Shown here piece after piece: positions 22,511-31,880 of a stretch of 64,000 bases of DNA (positions within the stretch are counted from its first letter, which is position 1; each line of letters starts with the position of its first letter). A model generated the notes under the pieces. It was not told where the DNA came from and did not search any database. It saw only the letters and a list, made by a program, of their open reading frames with translations. A program made the position numbers and the translations under genes. This DNA comes from Escherichia phage vB_EcoM_G29. Location: the sequence record MK327940.1. The stretch is one strand, 5' to 3'.

Positions 22511-23605
22511 ATGGCAATTGTTAAAGAAATAACTGCTGATTTAATTAAAAAGTCCGGTGAGAAAATTTCAGCCGGACAGAGTACTAAATCAGAAGTAGCA
22601 ACTAAAACATACACTGCCCAGTTTCCAACTGGGCGTGCTAGTGGTAATGACACTACAGGGGACTTCCAGGTAACAGATCTATATAAGAATGGATTATTAT
22701 TTACTGCATACAATATGTCATCTAGGGATTCTGGAAGTCTTAGAACGATGAGATCTAACTACTCTTCTTCATCTTCGAGTATTTTACGTACAGCCAGAAA
22801 CACTATCAGTAATACAGTATCAAAACTATCAAATGGACTAATATCAGATAATAATTCAGGAACAATAAGTAAAGTTCCTGTTGCAAATATTCTTTTACCT
22901 AGATCTAAATCTGACGTCGATACGTCATCACATAGATTTAATGATGTTCAAGATAGTCTTATTACAAAAGGTGGAGGTACTGCTACTGGTGTGCTAAGCA
23001 ATATGGCTTCAACCGCAGTATTTGGAGCGCTGGAAAGTATAACACAAGGTATAATGGCTGATAATAATGAACAGATTTATACGACAGCCAGAAGCATGTA
23101 CGGCGGTGCTGAAAATAGAACTAAAGTGTTCACTTGGGATTTGACTCCGCGCTCAACAGAAGATTTAATGGCTATTATTAATATCTATCAGTATTTTAAC
23201 TATTTTTCTTACGGTGAAACTGGTAAATCTCAATATGCTGCTGAAATAAAAGGATATCTAGATGAGTGGTACCGTTCTACTTTTATTGAGCCGTTAACTC
23301 CAGAAGATGCAGTTAAAAATAAGACGTTATTTGAGAAAATGACATCGAGTTTAACTAACGTTCTTGTAGTTTCAAACCCGACAATTTGGATGGTGAAAAA
23401 CTTTGGTGCAACATCTAAGTTTGATGGAAAAACGGAAATATTCGGTCCATGTCAAATCCAGAGTATCAGATTTGATAAAACACCTAATGGTAACTTTAAC
23501 GGATTAGCTATTGCTCCAAATCTCCCTAGTACATTTACTCTCGAGATTACTATGAGAGAAATTATCACGTTAAACCGTGCTTCTTTATATGCGGGGACTT
23601 TTTAA
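22511..23605 (+). CDS. 48: baseplate tail-tube cap gp48 (364 aa)
   Basis: 364-aa ORF, T4 gp48 length and order. Confidence 0.9.
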   Translation: MAIVKEITADLIKKSGEKISAGQSTKSEVATKTYTAQFPTGRASGNDTTGDFQVTDLYKNGLLFTAYNMSSRDSGSLRTMRSNYSSSSSSILRTARNTISNTVSKLSNGLISDNNSGTISKVPVANILLPRSKSDVDTSSHRFNDVQDSLITKGGGTATGVLSNMASTAVFGALESITQGIMADNNEQIYTTARSMYGGAENRTKVFTWDLTPRSTEDLMAIINIYQYFNYFSYGETGKSQYAAEIKGYLDEWYRSTFIEPLTPEDAVKNKTLFEKMTSSLTNVLVVSNPTIWMVKNFGATSKFDGKTEIFGPCQIQSIRFDKTPNGNFNGLAIAPNLPSTFTLEITMREIITLNRASLYAGTF

Positions 23606-24570
23606 TGTATTCTTTAGAGGAATTTAATAATCAAGCAATAAACGCAGATTTCCAACGTAATAATATGTTCAGCTGTGTTTTTGCTACAACTCCATCAACT
23701 AAAAGCTCTTCGTTGATAAGTTCAATTAGCAACTTTTCTTATAATAACTTGGGCCTAAATTCAGATTGGTTAGGATTAACTCAAGGCGATATTAATCAGG
23801 GAATTACTACGCTAATTACAGCTGGCACACAAAAACTGATAAGAAAATCAGGGGTTAGTAAATATCTTATTGGTGCCATGAGTCAACGTACAGTTCAAAG
23901 TTTATTAGGCTCATTTACAGTTGGTACATATTTAATTGACTTCTTTAACATGGCATATAACTCATCTGGATTGATGATATACTCTGTAAAAATGCCAGAG
24001 AATAGATTATCCTATGAAACTGACTGGAACTATAATTCTCCTAATATTCGTATAACTGGGAGAGAATTAGACCCTTTGGTTATTTCATTCAGAATGGATT
24101 CAGAAGCTTGTAACTATCGTGCAATGCAAGACTGGGTTAACGCTGTTCAAGACCCAGTAACTGGATTGCGTGCTTTGCCGCAAGATGTCGAGGCTGATAT
24201 TCAGGTTAATCTTCATTCTCGCAATGGATTACCACATACTGCGGTGATGTTCACTGGATGCATTCCAGTGTCCGTAAGCGCTCCTGAGTTATCATATGAT
24301 GGAGATAACCAAATAACTACATTTGATGTTACTTTTGCGTATAGAGTCATGCAGGCTGGAGCAGTTGATAGACAAGCTGCGCTTGAATGGCTTGAATCTG
24401 CTGCTATAAATGGTATTCAAAGCGTTCTCGGAAATAGTGGAGGTGTCACTGGACTATCTAATTCGCTTTCACGACTTAGTAGATTAGGGGGAACTGCAGG
24501 AAGCATTTCAAATATTAACACTATGACAGGAATTGTCAATTCGCAAAGTAAAATATTAGGAGCAATATAA
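23605..24570 (+). CDS. 54: baseplate tail-tube initiator gp54 (321 aa)
   Basis: 321-aa ORF overlapping gp48 stop; T4 gp54 length. Confidence 0.9.
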   Translation: MYSLEEFNNQAINADFQRNNMFSCVFATTPSTKSSSLISSISNFSYNNLGLNSDWLGLTQGDINQGITTLITAGTQKLIRKSGVSKYLIGAMSQRTVQSLLGSFTVGTYLIDFFNMAYNSSGLMIYSVKMPENRLSYETDWNYNSPNIRITGRELDPLVISFRMDSEACNYRAMQDWVNAVQDPVTGLRALPQDVEADIQVNLHSRNGLPHTAVMFTGCIPVSVSAPELSYDGDNQITTFDVTFAYRVMQAGAVDRQAALEWLESAAINGIQSVLGNSGGVTGLSNSLSRLSRLGGTAGSISNINTMTGIVNSQSKILGAI

Positions 24571-24574
24571 CAAT

Positions 24575-24600
24575 GGGGACCTTTCGGTCCCCATATTTTT
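24575..24600. terminator. bidirectional intrinsic terminator between gene 54 and alt.-3-position ORF
   Basis: ggggacc-tttc-ggtcccc followed by atattttt. Confidence 0.7.
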
Positions 24601-24889
24601 ATTTACGGAATGAAATGAAAGCAGCAACTGAAGCAACTAAACTGTCTTCAATATAAACTTCAATTTTTACCGGAGCTTCTGACTCAAATTTACCTGTTAC
24701 TACACCCTGAAAAATACTTTCAGTCTGTTCTGGCTTTGAAAAATTTTCAGAAGGAAAAATTCCGAACTTTTTATCTGTTCCAAAAATTTTGATAAATTCA
24801 TCGTAAACTGCTTCATTAAAAGCATTATCAGCAGGAATAACGCCTTCAACTACAAGTTCTTGACCTAAAAAGCGCAAAGAAGATTTCAT
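24599..24889 (-). CDS. hypothetical protein, 96 aa (positional equivalent of T4 alt.-3)
   Basis: ORF with own early promoter, bracketed by hairpin terminator. Confidence 0.65.
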   Translation of the reverse strand: MKSSLRFLGQELVVEGVIPADNAFNEAVYDEFIKIFGTDKKFGIFPSENFSKPEQTESIFQGVVTGKFESEAPVKIEVYIEDSLVASVAAFISFRK

Positions 24890-24896
24890 TTTGTGT

Positions 24897-24950
24897 TCCT
24901 CATGTTATGTCAGTAAGACTACTATAACACAACACGAGGGACTTGTAAAC
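24897..24950. repeat. 54-bp dispersed repeat copy 1 (early promoter plus leader); copy 2 at 40821-40874
   Basis: 53 of 54 nt identical (tcctcatgttatgtcagtaagactact[a/g]taacacaacacgagggacttgtaaac). Confidence 0.9.
24921..24950 (-). promoter_or_regulatory. early promoter (GTTTAC-N18-TATAGT) for the alt.-3-position ORF
   Basis: Minus strand GTTTAC overlapping the stop of the Alt paralog, TATAGT 18 nt downstream, leader with GAGG before ATG. Confidence 0.6.
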
Positions 24951-27007
24951 TACATCTTGAACTTTTTAGACATTCCGTTGATGTTAACCAAAGAAGCTAA
25001 GATTTGAGAAACTTCGTTTTCCTCTTCTTTTGATTCTTCTACAAGGAATTGATTAAATCCAGCCATTGGACGAACTTCACCAGTTTCCATTAGATGGTCG
25101 CCATCATATACTGATTCTTCTAATTGTTCAGAAGGAGGAACGATTGTACCTTCGATTAGATACTTGTTATAAGCAGTTTCTTTCATAAAGTAAGTACTTA
25201 CTTTATTAATCTTCAGTAAAATTCCACGTGGTAGAATAACTTCAGCTTCTGACGGAAATCCTGATAAATGACCCGGAACGATAACTTTGATTCGCTCAGC
25301 TCCTTTAATTACCATACCCACGCTAGTTTCAGCATCTTCATTAGCATATGTAGAATGACTACCCATATGCATCAAATCTTCTGCATCAACGGAACCTTCT
25401 CCTTCACCAGAAAATACTGCGCCGGAATCATCTAGAGCCATATAGTTTTTACCATGCTCACCGAAGATATTTGGTTTAAGCGATGTGGATACGAAGTTCT
25501 TGAAATAGAACATTTTATTTTCAATGTTATGACGCAAAGTTTTAAAGGTAACTTCTTGTCCACGGTAAAGTGTAGTTCCTGGAGGAAGAACTGAACCTTT
25601 AGCGAATGCAGAATCAAGCGTCTCAATATGTTTAATAGCTCGTTCCATATATTCTTCACGGGTAGAATCTGGTTTACCCAAAAGGAACGAGTTCATTTCA
25701 ACATATGAATCTGCACAATAATCTTCAATTACATCAGATTCAGCTTGAGTTAATCCTTTTGGAGTTACTTCAGTGCTTGCGTATTCATATGCCTGAGCAG
25801 CAGATTCATTAATCAATTTATAAATGCCATTCATGACAAATTGAATAATAGCTGTCTTTTCATCTGGCGTAGCTTTAGAACCTTTAACCAAATCATTGAT
25901 AATTTTCTTAATAACATCAAAGCTATTAGAAATATTAATATCAGCAAGATCGCTTAAAATTTTATCAGTCTTATAATCAAAGAATTCTTTATTCTTTAAA
26001 TATTCTTGAGAACCTTGATATGTTATATCGCTCTGTAACTTGATAGATGGATCACGTAAACGTGCATGGGCTAATGCAATATGATTTCGGAAGCTTTCGA
26101 GTTCATAATCACTAGATTTAAAACGAGAAGCGCTTCTCATACCGCCTATAGCTCCTTTGCTGAAGTTTGAACCAATTTGAATAACGCCAGAGTTCATTGG
26201 TCCTTCTGCTTTATACACCGGAACTTTAGATTCAAACTCTTGATATTTCTTAGCAGCGAAGCTATCACCCTGAAGTGAAGCATCAACAGTAGAATATTGA
26301 GCTTGTGCTGCTAATCGACGACTAATTTTAGTTTTCTGAATAACAGCTTGGTCCGTGCGCTTATCATTTTCTAAAGCAATAGAAGCAGCAACAGCAACAG
26401 CTTTAGGAACAGCATTACCTGTTTTAACATCTACATAAACATCACCAACCTTTGATTCAACTTTTGTGAATAACTCAGTTGAAATAGGAGGTACACCTGG
26501 AATGTCTTCTAAATTGGCATTTTTACGATAAACCATAATATATGCGTACTTTTTATCATAATCCCAGATTTCCTTTAAAAGAACATATCGACCTGCTCCT
26601 TTAGTACGTACTAAACGGTCAGCAATAACTTGCATTTGACGAGCAGCGCCATTTGTTTTACTCTTTAGTACGCGGAATAAGCATGCATCAATTTTATACT
26701 GTTTCATTGTTTGAAGAGCAGTATCAAAAACAGCGTTAATGACGCCAATTGGATTTCCACCCAAGTTTCTAAGTTTAACCAGTGATAATTTCTCGTTGAC
26801 ACCTATCATTACGATATGCATCATTTTATCGCCCGGCTTAACGTTTTTATTTGTATCACCTCCAGAGGTGTATGTACAAAATCTAAATCCAGGAAGCACG
26901 CTTTCTTCGCCGGCTTGAATAGCAAAAATTTGAGGTATTTTATGCTTAGGATTTAAGTTAACAACCGGCGCCGAAGCGCCGTCAAATAATTCTGTAATAA
27001 GTTCCAT
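24950..27007 (-). CDS. Alt-like ADP-ribosyltransferase paralog (685 aa)
   Basis: Shares the alt N-terminus (MELITELFD...CTYTSGGDTN...KIDAC...GRYVLLKE.WDYDKKYAY) and R / S-T-S / E-x-E ART motifs (LYRGQ, FVSTSL, SEAEVILPRG); central region divergent. Confidence 0.85.
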   Translation of the reverse strand: MELITELFDGASAPVVNLNPKHKIPQIFAIQAGEESVLPGFRFCTYTSGGDTNKNVKPGDKMMHIVMIGVNEKLSLVKLRNLGGNPIGVINAVFDTALQTMKQYKIDACLFRVLKSKTNGAARQMQVIADRLVRTKGAGRYVLLKEIWDYDKKYAYIMVYRKNANLEDIPGVPPISTELFTKVESKVGDVYVDVKTGNAVPKAVAVAASIALENDKRTDQAVIQKTKISRRLAAQAQYSTVDASLQGDSFAAKKYQEFESKVPVYKAEGPMNSGVIQIGSNFSKGAIGGMRSASRFKSSDYELESFRNHIALAHARLRDPSIKLQSDITYQGSQEYLKNKEFFDYKTDKILSDLADINISNSFDVIKKIINDLVKGSKATPDEKTAIIQFVMNGIYKLINESAAQAYEYASTEVTPKGLTQAESDVIEDYCADSYVEMNSFLLGKPDSTREEYMERAIKHIETLDSAFAKGSVLPPGTTLYRGQEVTFKTLRHNIENKMFYFKNFVSTSLKPNIFGEHGKNYMALDDSGAVFSGEGEGSVDAEDLMHMGSHSTYANEDAETSVGMVIKGAERIKVIVPGHLSGFPSEAEVILPRGILLKINKVSTYFMKETAYNKYLIEGTIVPPSEQLEESVYDGDHLMETGEVRPMAGFNQFLVEESKEEENEVSQILASLVNINGMSKKFKM

Positions 27008-27010
27008 GAT

Positions 27011-29062
27011 TTATCCTTGAACGAACTTGTAAGGCATGTTTGTAATATCTATGCAAGACGCAATAATTCCAAGAGATGATTCTACTTTCTGTTTAACATT
27101 TGATGAAACAAATGATGCAAAGTCAACTCTATCTTCTATATCACCTGTCATTGTAACTACTTCGCCGGTTTCCATTAAACGGTCACCGTCATAAATTACT
27201 GATTCGGTGAGTTCTTCGGTGGTCATAACTTCAGCTTGAATAAGCTTGTTGTTAGTTTTGACTGTTCCATCATTGTAAGATGCATCAGTTATTTTATTAA
27301 CTTTGACCATTAATCCACGTGGCAAAATGACTTCCATTTCATTTGAAGGCGCTAAACTTCCACCGGGTAAAACAACATTGACTTTATCAGCCCCAGTAAT
27401 AACCCATCCAATTCCGACTAAATTATCGCTAGAATTAACAAGCCCTTCATCATTTTTATCGATAGAAATGTTTAGACGCTTTTCATCTGGTAAAACACCA
27501 ACAGCTGAATCAGTCATCCAAGTACCAAAAATGTTTGGATATAATGATGTTGATACAAAATTTCTAAAATAAAAAACTCGATTTTTTACCATTGCTTCGT
27601 ATATTGAAGGTAACATTCGTTGTGAACGATACAAAGTAATACCTTTTGGTAATCGTTCACCATTTTTAAAGGCTGAATCTAAATTATCAATAGCTTTTTC
27701 TATGTCAGATGCTGTCAAAATACTTGTACGCTCATCTGGATTATATAATCCCAAAAGAGCATTATTTATGTCTACATATCCTGAACCTACGTATTCACGA
27801 ATTCCGCGTTTTTGTGCTGGTGTGTATTTAGATGAATCTTTATTTTCGACTATAGGATGTAATGACCATCCAGCTGTAAGAGCATATCCACGTAATTCTC
27901 TTCGAATAATCTTTGTTTTTATTGCATTCCAAGAATTTTGTACTAACTCATTTGCAGCATCTTGGTTTAAATGCGAATGTTTGTTAATATTTCTTTCAAA
28001 CCAAGCACCTTTATATTTTTCTAAAGTATTATCGACGATAGAAGCAATAGTTTCTAAAGTTTTTATTGAAGTAATAGATTCTTTTCGTAATTTTTCTAAA
28101 GCTTTATTTTTTATTTCTGCATTAATAATGGATTCTTTATCTTCAGGAATTATAGAAGCTTCTCTGAATGCCATCCCAGCTGTAACACTGCTAAGAGCAT
28201 TCTCTAGTGCAAATCCTGAAGTAGAAATTACCGTTAATTCATTAGAATCAGAAATTAAAGGCGCATCAGCGGGTTTATTTAATTCTGCTGCTGAAGCCTC
28301 AAATTTTTGAAACATCGGTGTTTCAAATCTAGAAGATTCCAATGACTGACTTTGTGCAATTGCTCTACGGGAAATTTTAACTTTAACGATTACAGCTTGG
28401 TCAGAACGTTTATCATTTTCTTGTGCAATAGATGCTGCAATTGCCTCATTTTTGGTTACTTGAGCTCCGGTATCTTTATTGATATAAACATCACCGACCT
28501 TCGATTCAACTTTAGTAAAGAGCTCGGTACTAATTTCCGGAACTCCTGGAATGTCTTCTAGTGATACATTTTTGCGATGTATAAGAATATATGCATACTT
28601 TTTATCATAATCCCAGAGTTCCTTAAGAAGGACGTATCTGCCACCTGAACGACTACGGATAAGTCTATCAGCAATAACTTGAATTTGTCGAGCTTGATCA
28701 GCGGTTTTAGACTTAAGAATACGAAGCATACAAGCATCAATTTTATACTGACGCATTGTTTGCATTGCAACAGTAAAAACTGAATTGATATAATTAATTG
28801 GGCTTGGACCAAGACCTTTTAATTTAGCAATTGAACCTTTAGCGGTTAATGTAAAAGGAACAATATGCATCATTTTATCGCCCATTTTTAAATCGCGATT
28901 AGTATCACCTCCAGATGTATAGGTACATAAACGAAAGCCTGGTTGTTCAATTGCATCATCAACATGAACTGAAAAAATTTGCGGTATTTTCTTCTTTGGA
29001 TTTAAGTTTGTAATCGGAAGAGTAGTATCTTCGTCAAATAATTCTGTAATAAGTTCCATCAT
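27011..29062 (-). CDS. alt: Alt ADP-ribosyltransferase, head-packaged (683 aa)
   Basis: 683-aa ORF adjacent to gene 30 as in T4; ART motifs LYRSQ, FVSTSL, NEMEVILPRG; late TATAAATA upstream. Confidence 0.9.
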   Translation of the reverse strand: MMELITELFDEDTTLPITNLNPKKKIPQIFSVHVDDAIEQPGFRLCTYTSGGDTNRDLKMGDKMMHIVPFTLTAKGSIAKLKGLGPSPINYINSVFTVAMQTMRQYKIDACMLRILKSKTADQARQIQVIADRLIRSRSGGRYVLLKELWDYDKKYAYILIHRKNVSLEDIPGVPEISTELFTKVESKVGDVYINKDTGAQVTKNEAIAASIAQENDKRSDQAVIVKVKISRRAIAQSQSLESSRFETPMFQKFEASAAELNKPADAPLISDSNELTVISTSGFALENALSSVTAGMAFREASIIPEDKESIINAEIKNKALEKLRKESITSIKTLETIASIVDNTLEKYKGAWFERNINKHSHLNQDAANELVQNSWNAIKTKIIRRELRGYALTAGWSLHPIVENKDSSKYTPAQKRGIREYVGSGYVDINNALLGLYNPDERTSILTASDIEKAIDNLDSAFKNGERLPKGITLYRSQRMLPSIYEAMVKNRVFYFRNFVSTSLYPNIFGTWMTDSAVGVLPDEKRLNISIDKNDEGLVNSSDNLVGIGWVITGADKVNVVLPGGSLAPSNEMEVILPRGLMVKVNKITDASYNDGTVKTNNKLIQAEVMTTEELTESVIYDGDRLMETGEVVTMTGDIEDRVDFASFVSSNVKQKVESSLGIIASCIDITNMPYKFVQG

Positions 29063-29082
29063 AGCCTCTCTAGTGTTTATTC

Positions 29083-29090
29083 TATTTATA
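29083..29090 (-). promoter_or_regulatory. late promoter TATAAATA for alt
   Basis: Minus-strand TATAAATA about 21 nt upstream of alt ATG. Confidence 0.55.
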
Positions 29091-29096
29091 AAATTA

Positions 29097-29112
29097 AAGG
29101 CCCGAAGGCCTT
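29097..29112 (-). terminator. hairpin terminator after ligase operon
   Basis: aaggcc-cgaa-ggcctt perfect stem ending at the stop of ORF 29112-29300. Confidence 0.5.
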
Positions 29113-29300
29113 TAGTAATCTAGTGGTAAGAGAGTACGATATATTTCAAACTTTGGTCCTTTTTCATAGGCATCAAATGTTTCTGTAAATTTATTATAAG
29201 CGTATGCATCTACAAATTCGAGAATGACTTGTGATACAGAAGTAGAAACATCTCCACCTTCTTTTTGAGCAATGACAATTGTTTCTAAGTAAGCTTTCAT
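29112..29300 (-). CDS. hypothetical small protein, 62 aa, translationally coupled to DNA ligase
   Basis: ATG overlaps gene 30 stop (ATGA); hairpin terminator directly downstream. Confidence 0.5.
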   Translation of the reverse strand: MKAYLETIVIAQKEGGDVSTSVSQVILEFVDAYAYNKFTETFDAYEKGPKFEIYRTLLPLDY

Positions 29301-30760
29301 AAACCAGTTACCTCATGAAAATCACCAAATACATCCTCGAATGTATTAGCTTTAGTTTTATCTTCACGTAAACGAATCGCAATCGGAAGAAATAATTTAA
29401 CGTAATCAGTGCGGCCATCAGATTTTAACCAACCGTTGCATTCGCACTCTAGAATTTTTCCAATATAATAATTTTGGTTTTCCATAATGCGAGTACGGTC
29501 AAGTTCATGCGATTTTACACCGGCTTTATCTTTTAAGCCTGAACCAGCATTTACCTTAATTTTTCCACACTCTGATTCAAGAATAAATCCACCCGCTTTA
29601 GTAGGGTCTTTACGGTGAGGATAAATTCCTACAATTTTTAAATCAACATCAATTACTTCTTTAAATTTATAGAGATTTTTTGAACGAGCATTTTCCCACA
29701 ATCCATCGGTATTTTTGAGAATAATACCTTCAAGACCTTGGTCAATATACTTTTTATAAATTACCTTAGCTTCATCTAGGTTATTTACTACCTGGTTTTC
29801 AATTAAAATTACTTTATCATAACCTGATGTCATTTGTTCTAGTTTAGAAAAACGTACATCATATTTCAAACGAAATGCAGGAAGACCGTATATTTCTACC
29901 AACGGGACATAATCCCAGACCTGAAACTTCATGCATTGAGCTTCTTTTTCAGAAATGGTTCCCTTTAAAGATTTATTGGCGATGCCATTAGATGCAGTAC
30001 GTGATTCAGCTACTTCGGCGAATTCTTTAGCTTTACTAATTTCAGGATAAGCATCAAAAAGAAAATCTAGGCCTTCTGGCTCCTTTTCAACTTGCTCATG
30101 GTATACCAATTCGCCATCAATTAACACACCTTCTGGATGAATCTGGCGAGCTTCTGTAGTCATTTTGATTAACTCTTCCTTAAGAAGATCTAATCCTAGA
30201 TATTCATTACCAGCTCGTGATAAAAGACGAACATCATCTAATTCATCACCTCTGACTTCAGCAAAACACCGAGCTCCATCAGCTTTTAACTGGGCAAAGG
30301 CTGGAAATTTGATATTCTTATTAATGCCTTTTTCATCATAAGAACTTGCAAGCATTTGAGGTTGTTCAGGAATTAAACCTGGCCAAACTTTGTTTGCAAT
30401 AGATACTGAAGCACCGCATTCAAGGTCTCGCATCATCACCCGACGCAAAACTTCAACATCATCTTTTTTACCGTCAGTAATATATCCAGTTAATTCCTCA
30501 ATTGCCGCATTTCCAGTCAATTTCCGAGTAGCTAACGTGAATTCAATGAAGTCAAGCATATCGGTAAGAGTCAACATTCCAAAACTCTGGGTAGCAATAC
30601 CCGGTTTAGGCCATTTCTTGATATAATACTGTAACCCACGAGAATAAGTCAGACGATATACTCGTTTAAGCAATTCATTATCTTTATTCTTTTCAAGAAT
30701 TGCTTGCTTCTGCTTAGTTGAACCAATAGATGCTATTTCGTTCAGAATTTTAAGAATCAT
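29297..30760 (-). CDS. 30: ATP-dependent DNA ligase gp30 (487 aa)
   Basis: 487-aa ORF with adenylation motif KADGAR; T4 gene 30 length and position. Confidence 0.95.
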   Translation of the reverse strand: MILKILNEIASIGSTKQKQAILEKNKDNELLKRVYRLTYSRGLQYYIKKWPKPGIATQSFGMLTLTDMLDFIEFTLATRKLTGNAAIEELTGYITDGKKDDVEVLRRVMMRDLECGASVSIANKVWPGLIPEQPQMLASSYDEKGINKNIKFPAFAQLKADGARCFAEVRGDELDDVRLLSRAGNEYLGLDLLKEELIKMTTEARQIHPEGVLIDGELVYHEQVEKEPEGLDFLFDAYPEISKAKEFAEVAESRTASNGIANKSLKGTISEKEAQCMKFQVWDYVPLVEIYGLPAFRLKYDVRFSKLEQMTSGYDKVILIENQVVNNLDEAKVIYKKYIDQGLEGIILKNTDGLWENARSKNLYKFKEVIDVDLKIVGIYPHRKDPTKAGGFILESECGKIKVNAGSGLKDKAGVKSHELDRTRIMENQNYYIGKILECECNGWLKSDGRTDYVKLFLPIAIRLREDKTKANTFEDVFGDFHEVTGL

Positions 30761-31026
30761 TGTTCATCCTTTAGAGTTTGGTTTACAGCTCTATTATAAA
30801 TCAATTCATCATTAAGCTCAGTCAAAGACCTGTGGTACGTGGTTCTAACTTTATTTCCTTGCATCCAGTGCTTGACGTAAATGAAACCTTGCTCTACACA
30901 TTTTTTAAAAATTCGTTCGTCTTTTTGAGCTCGGAATTCTGGATTGCATCTAAAAAATTGATTTACGTGACCGTAATCACGTGTAGTATTACCTTCATTT
31001 TCATAAATAGTATGAACAACAAACAT
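30757..31026 (-). CDS. hypothetical protein, 89 aa (positional equivalent of T4 30.1)
   Basis: ORF whose stop overlaps the ligase start. Confidence 0.65.
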   Translation of the reverse strand: MFVVHTIYENEGNTTRDYGHVNQFFRCNPEFRAQKDERIFKKCVEQGFIYVKHWMQGNKVRTTYHRSLTELNDELIYNRAVNQTLKDEQ

Positions 31027-31880
31027 TAGAATGCTCCTTGGAAAATATTATCACCACTACCACTAGTAAGTCTATTAAAATACCCTGCGTCGCCAGGCTT
31101 AATATAACTCCACGTATGGAATGGATGCATCTGATGTGAGTGTGTATAATATGGATGATATGGATTATAAGGATTAAATCCAGGAGTTCTCCAAGTAGTG
31201 TTCCAACGAAAAGAATCGTTTTTAATCATCTTCTCAATTACATCTTTTATAACTTTTTCACTATCAAAACTTTCTTTATTTTCCTTCGATGGAAAAAGCT
31301 TATTCTCTACATCATTCCATGTATAAACTCGCTGTGCAGTTTTTGGAATACTGTCACGTTCCCCTCGAGCCATCCAATAAACAGGAACATTTAATATTTC
31401 ACTCGCGTGATCGCAGTGGTGAGCGAGATCGTCAATATAACAAATTACGTTATATTTCTCTTTTGCCTTTTTGAACAACTCTTCTTTTGAAGAATCATGA
31501 CCACACATCAATACTTCTGAGAAGGCACCAGGAAAAAGAGCATTCAAATTAAATTGACGATTCAGCAGAGCGTCAATAGAATCACCCAATGCTGTAACAG
31601 CTACAAAATTATAATCTTCTTTTAATTTGTTAATTACACACAGGGCATCTTTATATGGAGACAAGTAACGAATAAAATCTGAACGATTGTATTTTTCAAT
31701 TAACTTGACGCCAAGTTCTTCATCACAATTAAAGAGTTTACCAGGAGAAATAAATTTCTCATCTTGGATCATTTTTAAAATATGTTCTAACGGAAGATTA
31801 TATTTCTGAGCAAAATAAGGAAGGCCTGATTGCCAGCTTAAACATACTCCATCAATATCAGTTAAAATAGTAGGCTTCAT
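31026..31880 (-). CDS. HAD-superfamily hydrolase-like protein, 284 aa (positional equivalent of T4 30.2)
   Basis: N-terminal motif ILTDIDGV (HAD motif I DxDG); His/Tyr/Pro-rich C-terminal tail. Confidence 0.7.
   Translation of the reverse strand: MKPTILTDIDGVCLSWQSGLPYFAQKYNLPLEHILKMIQDEKFISPGKLFNCDEELGVKLIEKYNRSDFIRYLSPYKDALCVINKLKEDYNFVAVTALGDSIDALLNRQFNLNALFPGAFSEVLMCGHDSSKEELFKKAKEKYNVICYIDDLAHHCDHASEILNVPVYWMARGERDSIPKTAQRVYTWNDVENKLFPSKENKESFDSEKVIKDVIEKMIKNDSFRWNTTWRTPGFNPYNPYHPYYTHSHQMHPFHTWSYIKPGDAGYFNRLTSGSGDNIFQGAF

Noticed and set aside
27702-28310. 202-aa plus-strand ORF (also 27303-27572 and 28352-28561)
   Set aside because: Lies antisense within the alt coding region, which has clear motif support; no RBS or promoter
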